Origin: Myxococcota bacterium
GTDB taxonomy: Bacteria > Myxococcota_A > UBA9160 > UBA4427
Assembly (NCBI GenBank): GCA_041690055.1
Contig: JBDNFB010000015.1
Coordinates: forward strand, 645-64,644
Length of the DNA: 64,000 bases
Reading direction: 5' to 3'
A model generated the notes under the pieces. That model was not told where the DNA came from, searched no databases, and was given only the letters and a program-made list of their open reading frames with translations. Positions 1 to 8,766 of this stretch are shown in pieces. How positions within the stretch are numbered: the stretch's first letter is position 1; each line of letters starts with the position of its first letter. A program made the position numbers and the translations under genes.

Positions 1-81
1 TTCCTTCGGCCCTTCGAGCTCGATTTCGTCGATCTCAAGCGGCTTGCCTGCCTCGACGGCGATTGCGGCTTCAACCTTCAT
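1..81 (-). CDS. Zn-dependent (class III-like) alcohol dehydrogenase; only the first 27 codons are in the window and the gene runs off the left edge
   Basis: Reverse-strand ATG at 79-81 is preceded by AGGA. The translation MKVEAAIAVEAGKPLEIDEIELEGPKE resembles the conserved N-terminus of medium-chain/class III ADHs. Confidence 0.5.
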   Translation of the reverse strand, partial: MKVEAAIAVEAGKPLEIDEIELEGPKE

Positions 82-134
82 ATCCTGTTTTCCCTTTCAT
101 TCCGCCACATGTCCAACGCATGGCCGATCCCGAA

Positions 135-830
135 CTAGTACGCCGCGAGTGCTGCACGCTCTTCGGCAAAAATATCTCGCAAGCACGGCTCAGCATTCAT
201 CTCTGAAACAAACGCGGCCAGCTTTGGCCATCCCGCGGAATCGATCTCTACATCTGAATGAGAAAGATTCACAAGCGGCGACCACATTGAAAGCGTGCCG
301 ATATTAATCAAACTCCCCGCAGCTTCCAGACCTCCGGCCGAATCGGACGAGAGTTTCGACATGAAGAGCTCCTCGACTTGATCAAAAACCGGAGGCAAAA
401 CTTCATCGAGCTGGCGACGCACGATCTCTTCATCACAAATTTTGCCAAAGACGCGGCCATGCACGACGCGCTGAAAAAAGATCGGCGCAATCGACTCAAC
501 GAGTCGAGTATCCGCATACTCTTCCCAAAAGAGCGCTTCGCCGTAGGCCCTCGGATCCGAGGGGTAGAGGGCTGGTTCGGGCTCGATGCGCTCGAGGTAA
601 GCCGAGATCGCAGAGCTATCGGGCAGCGACCAGGAACCCTCTTCCCAAACCGGAATTTTCGAAAGAGGAGATTTCGCGCGAAAATTCGAGTCCACCGCGC
701 CGGGCATCACGTTCACCAGATCGTAAGCGATGCCCTTGAGTGCCAGAACACATCGCACTTTCCGAACGAAGGGCGAAAGTGTGACGCCGTGAAGGATCCC
801 GCGCGCAGCTCCGGAAACAGCTTGTTCCAC
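135..830 (-). CDS. glutathione S-transferase family protein
   Basis: N-terminal thioredoxin-like GST motif ILHGVTLSPFVRKVRCVLALKGIAYDLV, with a helical C-terminal domain. The track ORF extends to 911 but overlaps the upstream gene; GTG at 828-830 is the likelier start (uncertain). Confidence 0.75.
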   Translation of the reverse strand: MEQAVSGAARGILHGVTLSPFVRKVRCVLALKGIAYDLVNVMPGAVDSNFRAKSPLSKIPVWEEGSWSLPDSSAISAYLERIEPEPALYPSDPRAYGEALFWEEYADTRLVESIAPIFFQRVVHGRVFGKICDEEIVRRQLDEVLPPVFDQVEELFMSKLSSDSAGGLEAAGSLINIGTLSMWSPLVNLSHSDVEIDSAGWPKLAAFVSEMNAEPCLRDIFAEERAALAAY

Positions 831-873
831 AGTTCCACTCGCGCCTTCTCCCAATTCGGCACCACTCAATCGT

Positions 874-1299
874 TCATCCCCCGCCGCATGACCGAGCCAG
901 CGAAAACCCAACCAAAAGGAGAATCCAGATCACCCCACCCATCGATCGGATCAGCGCCTTGACCGGCGAAGAACCGGCGTCCTCTGCATCGGCGGAGGCG
1001 GGGGCGGAGGCCGAGGCGGGGGCGGCGCCCACACCCGTCGAAGCATTCCCCGGCTCGTCGCGAAAAACGGATTGCTCGCCGCCCATGCCATACTTGGTTT
1101 CGAAAGAACCAACGTCTGCCGAATCATATGGCGTCGCGCTCGTGCCAAAGCGCGTATCACTGAGCGAGACAGCGTGCCCAGGACCGATCGGGACCCCGCA
1201 ATGAATGCATCGCTTGGTTCCGACGGGGAACGTGACATCGCAGCGGGCGCAACGCACTTCGAAGGATCGCGAATTCGTCGATTCACCGAGCGACATCAA
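874..1299 (-). CDS. zinc-ribbon protein with C-terminal transmembrane anchor (hypothetical)
   Basis: CxxC...CxxC ribbon (CARCDVTFPVGTKRCIHCG), a low-complexity Ala/Ser linker, and a C-terminal hydrophobic helix VIWILLLVGF. There is a 4-nt ATGA overlap with the upstream yqgE-like gene. Confidence 0.6.
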   Translation of the reverse strand: MMSLGESTNSRSFEVRCARCDVTFPVGTKRCIHCGVPIGPGHAVSLSDTRFGTSATPYDSADVGSFETKYGMGGEQSVFRDEPGNASTGVGAAPASASAPASADAEDAGSSPVKALIRSMGGVIWILLLVGFSLARSCGGG

Positions 1300-1859
1300 T
1301 GTACTCCCGCAGTAGAAATCAGTGTCGCGGGATCGATATCCATTTCACGCAGCACGTGATCCCACATCCTCTCTGCCGGAACATCGAAAACGACTTCGGG
1401 CGAAAGGGGGGCCACCACCCAAGCGCCCTGGGCGAGTTCATGCTCCAGCTGCCCCTCGCCCCAACCGGCGTAGCCAAGGAAGATGCGGAAATCGTTAGGC
1501 GGCCGCTCCGCGACTTGGCGAAGGACATCCATGGAACCCGCGAAGCAAAGCTCGCCCTCGACTTTCGAGACCTGATCGCCCTCGATCACCGTATCGAGAT
1601 CGTCTTGAAAAAGCAGCCAGCCGGTATTCGACTCCACCGGACCGCCCCATCCCACCTCGTCTGTCGCGCGACCATTCCAGGTGAAATCGAGACTCTCGCA
1701 GAGTTCCGGAATCGACAACTCCACCTCGCGGTTCAATACGAGACCAAAAGTTGATTCTGCATCGTGATGCACAACCAAAACAACCGCACGCCGAAAATTC
1801 GGATCGGAGAGCTGGGGCATCGCCACCAGGAGAGAAGCGCAGAGTTCGGACTTCGACAC
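1296..1859 (-). CDS. YqgE/AlgH family protein (UPF0301)
   Basis: Family-typical N-terminus LLVAMPQLSDPNFRRAVVLVVHHDAESTFGLVLNR and GYAGWGEGQLEHEL. Confidence 0.85.
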   Translation of the reverse strand: MSKSELCASLLVAMPQLSDPNFRRAVVLVVHHDAESTFGLVLNREVELSIPELCESLDFTWNGRATDEVGWGGPVESNTGWLLFQDDLDTVIEGDQVSKVEGELCFAGSMDVLRQVAERPPNDFRIFLGYAGWGEGQLEHELAQGAWVVAPLSPEVVFDVPAERMWDHVLREMDIDPATLISTAGVH

Positions 1860-1971
1860 GACGTTGAGAGTAGCATCCGGTCTGCAAGACGAGACACCCT
1901 CCGCCCCCCCCCCTTTTTACGTCGGAAGGCGAGGGGCGGAGGGCGCAGAGCCAACTCGGTATGCTCTCGCC

Positions 1972-2628
1972 ATGAACCCACCTCAACGCTCAGATGGGCG
2001 GCGATTCGCGGCGGCGGGACATCTCGTAGGCTTCCTTTCGGCCAGCTTTCTCATCGACCGTCTTTGGCGAGCCGCAGGGATCGCGACGCGGGCGGGCCAC
2101 TCGCCGCTGGAAGCCGTGCCCGGCATGCCTCTCCCCTTGCCTCTCCCCTTCTCTCCCCCCTTCCCCCTGCCCCTGCCACCCGAGGGTGCTGGAGGGTGGG
2201 TCATCGCCCTGGTTCAGGGCGCGATCGTTCCGGCAATGCTCGAGGAGCTCTTCTTCCGAGGCCTCATTTTCGAACTCGTCCGGCGCGCAAAAGGAGAAAT
2301 CGCGGCCATCGGGGTGAGCGCGGGCCTATTCGCACTCGTCCATCCCGGCATGGCCCACACCGCCGCCGCAGGCCTTCTCGGGCTCTATCTCGGCACCTTG
2401 CGCGCGCGCTGGGGGCTCGCGCTTCCGCTCGTTGCTCACGCTCTAAATAATGCGCTCGCCCTTTTTGCAGACGCGGCTCGGACGGGCGGCGGCCCCGCGC
2501 TCGACCCCGGGTTCGGAAGTGGACTGGCCGATCCGTGGCTCTGGCTTGCCATTGGGCTCGTCGGCAACTCCGCCGCAGTTCTCCGGCAAGAAATGCGCAA
2601 CGCGGGGCCTGCACCCGCGATGGGGTGA
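1972..2628 (+). CDS. CPBP family intramembrane glutamic endopeptidase (CAAX protease/Abi-like)
   Basis: Motifs EELFFRG (EExxxR), FALVH and HALNN in hydrophobic context. The start is set at ATG 1972; the track ORF begins at 1864. Confidence 0.75.
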   Translation: MNPPQRSDGRRFAAAGHLVGFLSASFLIDRLWRAAGIATRAGHSPLEAVPGMPLPLPLPFSPPFPLPLPPEGAGGWVIALVQGAIVPAMLEELFFRGLIFELVRRAKGEIAAIGVSAGLFALVHPGMAHTAAAGLLGLYLGTLRARWGLALPLVAHALNNALALFADAARTGGGPALDPGFGSGLADPWLWLAIGLVGNSAAVLRQEMRNAGPAPAMG

Positions 2629-2710
2629 GACGAAGCCTTCAGCGAAACCCTGCACAGGACGAAAACGGGCTGTGAACCCATGCGCCGAAAGGGCGCGCGG
2701 AGGGGGTATC

Positions 2711-3964
2711 ATGCCGACAGCACCGGAGTCCTCGGAAATCCTGCTTCTTGATGACGGCGAGCTCGACCCCGTCGCCGCAGTCCTGGATGAAATGGGGCTC
2801 GCGTTCACGCGCCTCCGCGGGGGACAGATCACAGAGACCGTAGCCCCACCCCGCGATCTGCTGATCGTCACCCCCCGGCGCCTCGACCGAGTCCGGCCCG
2901 GCAGTCCGCCCGAGGCCGCTTCGGGCCGCCCGCTCCGAATCGTCGCCGTTCAGGAAGATTCCCCCGCCATGCGCCGTCGACTGCGGCGCGGCGGACTGCA
3001 TCTCCTGGTGCGACTCCCAAGCAATCCCGAAATCTGGCGCCTGCTTATCCGCCGCAGCCTCTACCAGGGCGCCGAACGCCGCGAGGACCCTCGAGTCGCC
3101 GTCGGCGGAGGCCTCTCGGTCGAGTCCGAACACGCGGCGCAGACGACGCTGCTCGATCTCTCCAACCGCGGTTGCCGACTTCAAACGCAGGAAGCGCTCT
3201 CGGTCGGCGATCCGGTTCGCTTCAGCGTGATCGACACCCAGGAACAAGTCGATGGCGCTTCGCCTCTGCGACTCCGGGGCAAGGTACGGCGGCTGGTTGC
3301 CGAACCGGGGTCGGACCGAATCTCGGTGGCGGTCATCTTTGACGCGGATCTGGAACGAGAGAATCGCGAGAAGCTGACGGCGATGATCAATCGATGGGCC
3401 TCGGGCGCGGCCTCGCTTGGTCCGAGGACCGGCACAACGACAGCGGTCCCGGCTCTTCCGGCGTGCCAGCTTTCCTCTCTGCCCGATCTCGTCCTCGATG
3501 ATGAAACGGATCCGCCGGTTCGCGGAGAAGCCGATATCCGGATCGATTCGGGCGCGGGCGCGGAAGAAGCCCCCGCCGGTAACTCCGATCGTCGCACCCA
3601 GACACGCGGCGCCTTCCTGGCCCCGGTCAGCGCCAAGGCCCCGTCGGGCGGCGGCTCCGTGGTTCTCATCGGTCGAGACCTGTCGGCGGGCGGCATGCGC
3701 ATCGAAAACCACGAAGACATCGCCCTCGGTGACCGCTTCCAACTCGCTCTCCACGGCCCTACACCAGGCAAACCCTTCCTCATACAGGCCACCGTGACTC
3801 GGGATGACGGCGATGACGGCCTCGGACTCGTCTTCAAAGGCGTCGACCGGGAAACGGCCGTTCAGCTCGAAAAGCTGGTCGCCTGTCTGCCGGACGTTGA
3901 ATCCCTTGAGGACGGCGAACTCAGCGGTCTGGGCGCGATTCTCTCTGAGGTCCTGCGGGATTAG
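2711..3964 (+). CDS. tandem PilZ-domain protein (c-di-GMP receptor candidate) with an N-terminal domain of unknown type
   Basis: Two full PilZ signatures are present: RREDPR...DLSNRG and RRTQTR...DLSAGG. ATG at 2711. The opposite-strand 470-aa ORF is an Arg-rich shadow. Confidence 0.8.
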   Translation: MPTAPESSEILLLDDGELDPVAAVLDEMGLAFTRLRGGQITETVAPPRDLLIVTPRRLDRVRPGSPPEAASGRPLRIVAVQEDSPAMRRRLRRGGLHLLVRLPSNPEIWRLLIRRSLYQGAERREDPRVAVGGGLSVESEHAAQTTLLDLSNRGCRLQTQEALSVGDPVRFSVIDTQEQVDGASPLRLRGKVRRLVAEPGSDRISVAVIFDADLERENREKLTAMINRWASGAASLGPRTGTTTAVPALPACQLSSLPDLVLDDETDPPVRGEADIRIDSGAGAEEAPAGNSDRRTQTRGAFLAPVSAKAPSGGGSVVLIGRDLSAGGMRIENHEDIALGDRFQLALHGPTPGKPFLIQATVTRDDGDDGLGLVFKGVDRETAVQLEKLVACLPDVESLEDGELSGLGAILSEVLRD

Positions 3965-4050
3965 GAGCGCTTCTGGCGGCGTGATCGATCGCTGCCATTT
4001 CAAAGCGGCGCTTGTTTTGCGAAGATGAGGCTCCACTGAGGAGAACCCCA

Positions 4051-4434
4051 TTGAGCGAAGAAACGAATCCGCTCGGCGATATCGCCGTTGACCTAAACAA
4101 CCTGTACCGCGAAGAGACCTTCACGGATCTGAAGGTGGCGTCGATTCGCCGCCTCACGCCTGTCAGCGCTGACGGCAGCGACGACACGAGCCGACCCACC
4201 ATGTTTGTGGGCGAGACGACGCTGATGTCTGCGCGCGGCCCATTGCCGATCAATTGCCCCATCGAAGCGGCGTCTTTGACGGATGCCTTGGATGCTTTCC
4301 CGCAAGCCATTCAGCAGGCAGTCGAGCGTTTGATGGAAGAAGCGCGAGAGATGCAGCGCCAGGAAGCCAACCGCATCGTTGTGCCCGGCCAGGGCGGTGG
4401 CGGTGGTGGTGGCGGTGGTCGCATCATTGGCTAA
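4051..4434 (+). CDS. conserved hypothetical cytoplasmic protein with a poly-Gly C-terminus
   Basis: GAGGAG Shine-Dalgarno sits 7 nt before TTG 4051. The product is coherent and acidic/helical (..LTPVSADGSDDTSRPTMFVGETTLMSARGPLPINCPIEA..), ending in GGGGGGGGGRIIG. Confidence 0.6.
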   Translation: MSEETNPLGDIAVDLNNLYREETFTDLKVASIRRLTPVSADGSDDTSRPTMFVGETTLMSARGPLPINCPIEAASLTDALDAFPQAIQQAVERLMEEAREMQRQEANRIVVPGQGGGGGGGGGRIIG

Positions 4435-4505
4435 GGCCTAAGCCGGCGTGCTTTGCGCCCCGCCAGCGAGCGAGTGCGCGAAGTGCTCTGGAGCGGAAAT
4501 GGAAA

Positions 4506-4531
4506 GGGGCCGGGCATTGCTGCCCGGCCCC
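4506..4531. terminator. bidirectional intrinsic terminator hairpin between convergent genes
   Basis: Perfect 11-bp stem GGGGCCGGGCA/TGCCCGGCCCC with loop TTGC. Flanks are T-rich on both strands (ttcgcattt on the plus strand, tttccatttcc on the minus strand). Confidence 0.75.
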
Positions 4532-4562
4532 TTCGCATTTAAGACGTTATGTCTGTCGAGCT

Positions 4563-5114
4563 TTAGAAGATCGACTGACCGTATCCCGGGCCGCACGGAC
4601 CAACCGTCGACCGCTGGTTCTGATTGATGCCGACACCGCCAACAACACATTGCGGGTGGACACCGGGAATCGTCGCACCGAGGTTATCGGCCTTCACGTA
4701 GCCCCAAGCCTGGATGTTGTTGTCCGCGTCGATGTCAGCCGCTGCCGAAATCGTGTAGGCGCTGCCACTACCCGCAACCGCGTACTGGAAGAAAACCTGA
4801 CCTTCCGGGCTCCAGCCCAGCGTGTCGAAGTTCTCGCCCGCGGCGCCCTGGTCGGCGAACGTATCCTTGGTAGCGCCGGGCACAGCAAGCGGGCTGGCAT
4901 CAGCCGCTACGTAGTTACCAAACTCGGCGAGGTACGATTCCTCGGCCGTGCGGATCGCAGCGATGTTTACCTTGCCTTCCGAGCTCTTGGACTTGAGCTG
5001 GAAGCGGAGGAAGTTCGGGATCGCGATCGCAGCGAGAATACCGATAATGGCAACAACGATCATGAGCTCGATGAGAGTGAAGCCCTTATTGGACTTTCTG
5101 ATGAGTTTGCTCAT
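4563..5114 (-). CDS. pilA: type IVa pilin (PilA-like prepilin)
   Basis: Leader MSKLIRKSNKG followed by FTLIELMIVVAIIGILAAIAIPNF (prepilin peptidase site G|F, with Glu5). C-terminal Cys pair C...C (D-region). AAAGGAA Shine-Dalgarno. Confidence 0.9.
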   Translation of the reverse strand: MSKLIRKSNKGFTLIELMIVVAIIGILAAIAIPNFLRFQLKSKSSEGKVNIAAIRTAEESYLAEFGNYVAADASPLAVPGATKDTFADQGAAGENFDTLGWSPEGQVFFQYAVAGSGSAYTISAAADIDADNNIQAWGYVKADNLGATIPGVHPQCVVGGVGINQNQRSTVGPCGPGYGQSIF

Positions 5115-5242
5115 AGTGATGAGGTTCCTTTTGAGTGGTCAAGCACTCGAGTTGATCAAGTCTCTGCCCTATGCAGAGTCTGGCTGCGTTCTCCCCAAGT
5201 TCCATCCAGGAGGGGGGCCCCGTCCGCCGGTTAGGTGTAAGA

Positions 5243-5257
5243 GCAACACTCGTGCCA
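5243..5257 (-). promoter_or_regulatory. sigma-54 (-24/-12) promoter for the pilin gene
   Basis: The minus strand reads CTGGCACGAGTGTTGCT, an exact match to YTGGCACGrNNNTTGCW. It lies about 130 nt upstream of the pilin ATG, in non-coding DNA. Confidence 0.8.
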
Positions 5258-5732
5258 GCGGCGCGGAAAACCCCGAAACCGCTCGTGCGGAATCGGCAAG
5301 TCCGTCAGCCATGTGTTGAGTCGGCCGCACAGAATCGAAGCTGAAGTTTTCTTGGGTCGAATCGCAGCGCGGGATTTACGCAGTGCCGAAAGGCGTCAAC
5401 TCACGCGTAAAGTGACAATGCTCGTCACGATTGGAGACGCGTTCCGTCACCGAAGGGCAGCCGCATAGGAATCGCTCCGGCAAGAACGGAATGCCTTGAG
5501 AGCGCGATCACAGAATGCCTCGATAGGGGCTCCGGACGAGTCCACACCCTAGGCGCATGCTCGTTTGCGGGCGCGCTGCACACGCCCCGCCAGTCGCGCC
5601 CCTCTTATGCCACAACGCGCAAGCGATGGCTGCTCCATTGCGAGTTCAAGAAGGAGCGAGCAAGAGCGGATCGGGGAGCAGCCGACAAGCGGACGCCTCG
5701 TGTTAGTTGGTTCTTCTCGGATCTAGTCCGTT

Positions 5733-6251
5733 TTAGTCGGATTTATTGCTGGATGACCCAGCGGCGTCGGCGACGGGCGCGACGGGAACCGAGGCGCCGG
5801 GCGATGATTCGGCCGGTGCGGGTGTCGCTGTTGGTGTTGGTGTTGGTGTTGGTGTTGAAGAGGACGCGGAAGAAGGCGTATTAGAAGGCGTATTAGAAGG
5901 CGTATTAGAAGGCGGCCTCGAAGGTGCATTCGAGGGCTCACTCGAAGGCGCGGCTGAAGGAGTTTCAGAAGGAGCTGCTTCGAAATTGCCGGAAGGCCGG
6001 CGGGAGAATGCATCCGCTTTGGCCGCCGAAGTTGCGGGGGGAGCGACATCGATCTTGCAGGGACTCGGATCGCGCTGATGTACATCCCAGGCGACGCCAC
6101 ATTCAGAACATGCGAGATCGGGACCGAAGCGATGGCCCGAGGCGCCGGGACGATCCGAGGGATCCGCAGGCTTCGGATTGCCTCCCGCATCCGTGCCGGA
6201 TGCAACTCCTCGTCCGTTTTTCGGACCGCTGCTCAGACCCTTGTTACCCAA
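5733..6251 (-). CDS. Pro/Ser/Thr-rich low-complexity hypothetical protein
   Basis: Only this reading frame lacks Arg-rich junk. TTG start; the product contains ACSECG..C and long (P-S-x-x)n and (TP)n tracts encoded by tandem repeats. Codon bias is weak, so the coding status is uncertain. Confidence 0.35.
   Translation of the reverse strand: MGNKGLSSGPKNGRGVASGTDAGGNPKPADPSDRPGASGHRFGPDLACSECGVAWDVHQRDPSPCKIDVAPPATSAAKADAFSRRPSGNFEAAPSETPSAAPSSEPSNAPSRPPSNTPSNTPSNTPSSASSSTPTPTPTPTATPAPAESSPGASVPVAPVADAAGSSSNKSD
5821..5979. repeat. decaying tandem-repeat tract: (GGTGTT)x4-6, then 12-bp period GAAGGNNNNNNN x9 (3 perfect copies of GAAGGCGTATTA)
   Basis: Read directly from the sequence. GGTGTT runs 5833-5856. 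GAAGGCGTATTA occupies 5872-5907, followed by six degenerate 12-mers to 5979. Confidence 0.9.
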
Positions 6252-6507
6252 TCGCTCGTTCCCTCTATTCCGATTCCTGATGCCCGATGATTCGAGCCTT
6301 AGCTCAGACCGGTACTGCCCGGACTAGGCCCGGGTGTTGGCCGGTGTTCGTTCCGTGGTCAACCCGACGTGTGTCTTGTCGATCGTGACCGAGCGATACA
6401 AACCCTTTGGGCCGAATCGAAAGCGGGTACGAGTCATTAGTATAGCGGGTTCAGCGGAATCTCTGGCGGTCGATTCCCAAACAAGCGCAGAGTCGCGCAG
6501 GTCGCCC

Positions 6508-8088
6508 TCATTCCTGCGGCTTGGACGATTCCACCGCATCGAGTTCGGAGATCAAGGTCGGCGCGTGAAAATCAGCGAGGTCACCCGTGAAGCGGTCAGC
6601 CAGCTTCGCGTCGCAGCGCTTGCCTTCGCAGAAGGTCGATTTAAAAATACTTGCCGCGAGTTCACTCGATTTCGCCCACCAAAGATGGCCCTGCAACTGA
6701 AGAACGACCACACCGATGGTCGGGTTTTCTGCGGGGGCGACGCCCATGAACCACTCGTAGCGGCCGAATGGATCGGTCCCCGTGAGGTTTCCCGTCTTCC
6801 CCGCGATATTGATCCCCGGAACAAGCGGCTGTCCGCGGCGGGTCCTAAACGCGCTCTTGGCCGTGCCGCGCTTCGTCGTTGAGACCAGCATCTTTCGGAG
6901 TCGCGTCGCAATTTCAGGGGAGATCACGTCGCGCGACGCAGCCCTCGGCGGCAACTCGAGCGAGCGGCCGTAACCGTCCACAACGCGGTCCACCCACCAG
7001 GGTTCGATCCATTTGCCCCCCGTCAGAACCGAGGTCAACGCAGCGACGTGGAGCGGCGTCACCCGGATCCCGTCGAGACCACTTCCGAGTCGCCCGAGAT
7101 CGAGGCGCGTCTCGATCTCGTCAATTCGCCCTGCCGCATGTCCGGGCGCCGGAGGCGTCAGCCAGCCGAAGCGCCGAACCATATGGGTCAGCTTTTCTTC
7201 CCCCAGGACATGCACGGCCCACTGCGAAAAACATTGGTTGTTCGACGTCGCGAGCGCATCCTCCAGATCCGACTCCCGCCCGCTGCTCGGCCGGTCGAGT
7301 CGGCGCCGGTTGACCCTGTATTTGTTTCCTCGGTAAACACAGGTCGATTTCGCTTGCTGCGGATCCGCTTCCAGCAGAGCCGCAGCGGTCAGAACCTTTA
7401 CGATCGAGGCCGACGGATACGCATTCCCAGCGGGCATGCCGTCCTCGTCTGCGGAGACGTAGCTGAGCAGGCGACCCGTCCGGGGATCGATCACGATCAC
7501 ATGCCCCTGGTCCACGCGCCCTTTCCGCATGATTCGCCAGATGTTCTCCGTCAGCGCCTCATCCAGCGTGTACTCCACCCGCAAAGGACCACTCGGACTT
7601 GGCCGGGCCTGCTTCTGGATCGACTCGTCCCAGCCCGCAATCGCGGCAGGAGCGGAGCCTCGGGGATCCAGCCATTCAACCAGACGCGGCGTCGCCGAAG
7701 GATCGAAATGCGTCGCTTCCACCCGCGCCTTCATGAATCGGTCTTTGGACCTGGGCGGGTCTTCGAGCCAACTCGGCTCCACTTTGAGCGTCGGAGGGGG
7801 CGCCGACACCGCGGGCATCGGCGGCTTCGTCACGCTGGCCATCGCCTCGCGAAGCGAATCCCAGACCGCACCGCCGCCCCATCCGAGAAGCGGAACGAGC
7901 ACAAGGATGCCGAGAATCAGGGCGCGCCCCAGGCCGGTCAAACGACCGACGGAGCGTCTTCCGCTCCGCCGCCTTGGATTCCGCCGGTTCCGCGTTCGCC
8001 AGCCGCGCCTCCGAAGCCAACCGGACCAACCAGGCCGATCGCCGCCTTCGTGATCGAACTGAAATCCGCCGCTCCCCATTCCGCTCAT
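6508..8088 (-). CDS. penicillin-binding protein, transpeptidase domain (class B-like)
   Basis: Motifs SxxK (ASIVK), SxN (TSNN) and KTG (AGKTGN). Arg-rich cytoplasmic N-terminus followed by one TM helix. Confidence 0.8.
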   Translation of the reverse strand: MSGMGSGGFQFDHEGGDRPGWSGWLRRRGWRTRNRRNPRRRSGRRSVGRLTGLGRALILGILVLVPLLGWGGGAVWDSLREAMASVTKPPMPAVSAPPPTLKVEPSWLEDPPRSKDRFMKARVEATHFDPSATPRLVEWLDPRGSAPAAIAGWDESIQKQARPSPSGPLRVEYTLDEALTENIWRIMRKGRVDQGHVIVIDPRTGRLLSYVSADEDGMPAGNAYPSASIVKVLTAAALLEADPQQAKSTCVYRGNKYRVNRRRLDRPSSGRESDLEDALATSNNQCFSQWAVHVLGEEKLTHMVRRFGWLTPPAPGHAAGRIDEIETRLDLGRLGSGLDGIRVTPLHVAALTSVLTGGKWIEPWWVDRVVDGYGRSLELPPRAASRDVISPEIATRLRKMLVSTTKRGTAKSAFRTRRGQPLVPGINIAGKTGNLTGTDPFGRYEWFMGVAPAENPTIGVVVLQLQGHLWWAKSSELAASIFKSTFCEGKRCDAKLADRFTGDLADFHAPTLISELDAVESSKPQE

Positions 8089-8089
8089 C

Positions 8090-8647
8090 CTAGAGTGCGA
8101 CGACCGATTTGACCTCGGGAATTTCTTCTTTCAATCGAGCTTCGATGCCCATCTTCAATGTGATCGATGAACTCGGGCAGCCGGCACAGGCGCCTTGCAG
8201 AATCACCTCGACGATCCCATCGTGGTATCCGGCGAAACTGATCTCTCCGCCATCCGACTCCACGTAAGGACGCACATCGCGCTCAAGAATGGTTCGGATC
8301 TTCGCAACCACCTCATCGTCCTCGGCCGCTTCGGGCACCTCAAAGGCTTTTCCGAATGCAGACTCGCCCGACGCGGCCCAGGCCTTGATCGCTGCCACAA
8401 TCGGTGCAGCCAGCTCCGTCCATTCACCCCCGTCGGCCTTCGTCACGGTAATAAATGTCGGGCCCAGAAAAACGCTCTCAACGCCCTCGACGTCGAGGAT
8501 CGAGGCGGCCAACGGCGAGACCTCAATTGAAACTGTTCCCTCAAAGGACGCGGACGGCACGACATCCGCCACATCCTGTCCAAGCACCCATTTGATGCTG
8601 TTCGGGTTTGGGGTGCGCTCCGCGTGCATTCGAAAACCAAGGTCCAT
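8090..8647 (-). CDS. NifU/Nfu family Fe-S cluster assembly protein (Nfu_N + NifU C-terminal domain)
   Basis: N-terminal PNPNSIKWVL motif and a C-terminal GACAGCPSSSITLK CxxC motif. Confidence 0.85.
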   Translation of the reverse strand: MDLGFRMHAERTPNPNSIKWVLGQDVADVVPSASFEGTVSIEVSPLAASILDVEGVESVFLGPTFITVTKADGGEWTELAAPIVAAIKAWAASGESAFGKAFEVPEAAEDDEVVAKIRTILERDVRPYVESDGGEISFAGYHDGIVEVILQGACAGCPSSSITLKMGIEARLKEEIPEVKSVVAL

Positions 8648-8766
8648 GAGCGGAGAGTAGGCCGGCCATCGCGACTTGGCTAGAAAACCCGCGCATCCGC
8701 CGCAGGTCGAACGAACTCAGCGCAATGATTCCCCCGAAACGCGACAGGGAACGGCTATGCTGATCC

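Noticed and set aside
2639-4051. 470-aa minus-strand ORF. Similar long ORFs occur at 7048-8112(+), 23708-24844(+), 27700-28755(-), 46072-46965(-), 57960-58994(+) and 59196-59891(+).
   Set aside because: Each lies antisense to a gene with clear family motifs (PilZ, PBP, AOR, DHH, MlaC, histidine kinase). Their products are Arg/Gly/Pro-rich with no motifs. These are typical shadow ORFs of high-GC DNA.
5746-6078. Plus-strand 110-aa ORF (GVGVGV..., VLEGVLEGVLEG) across the repeat tract.
   Set aside because: It is open only because of the repeat periodicity, has no start context, and the minus-strand frame is longer. Even that minus-strand call is low confidence.
6421-6500. tRNA-like strings (TAGTATAGCGGG ... 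GGTCGATTCCC). A similar GGGGTTCGAGTCC occurs at about 14470-14490.
   Set aside because: No acceptor stem or T-stem complementarity can be drawn. The second string lies inside the well-supported modB CDS.
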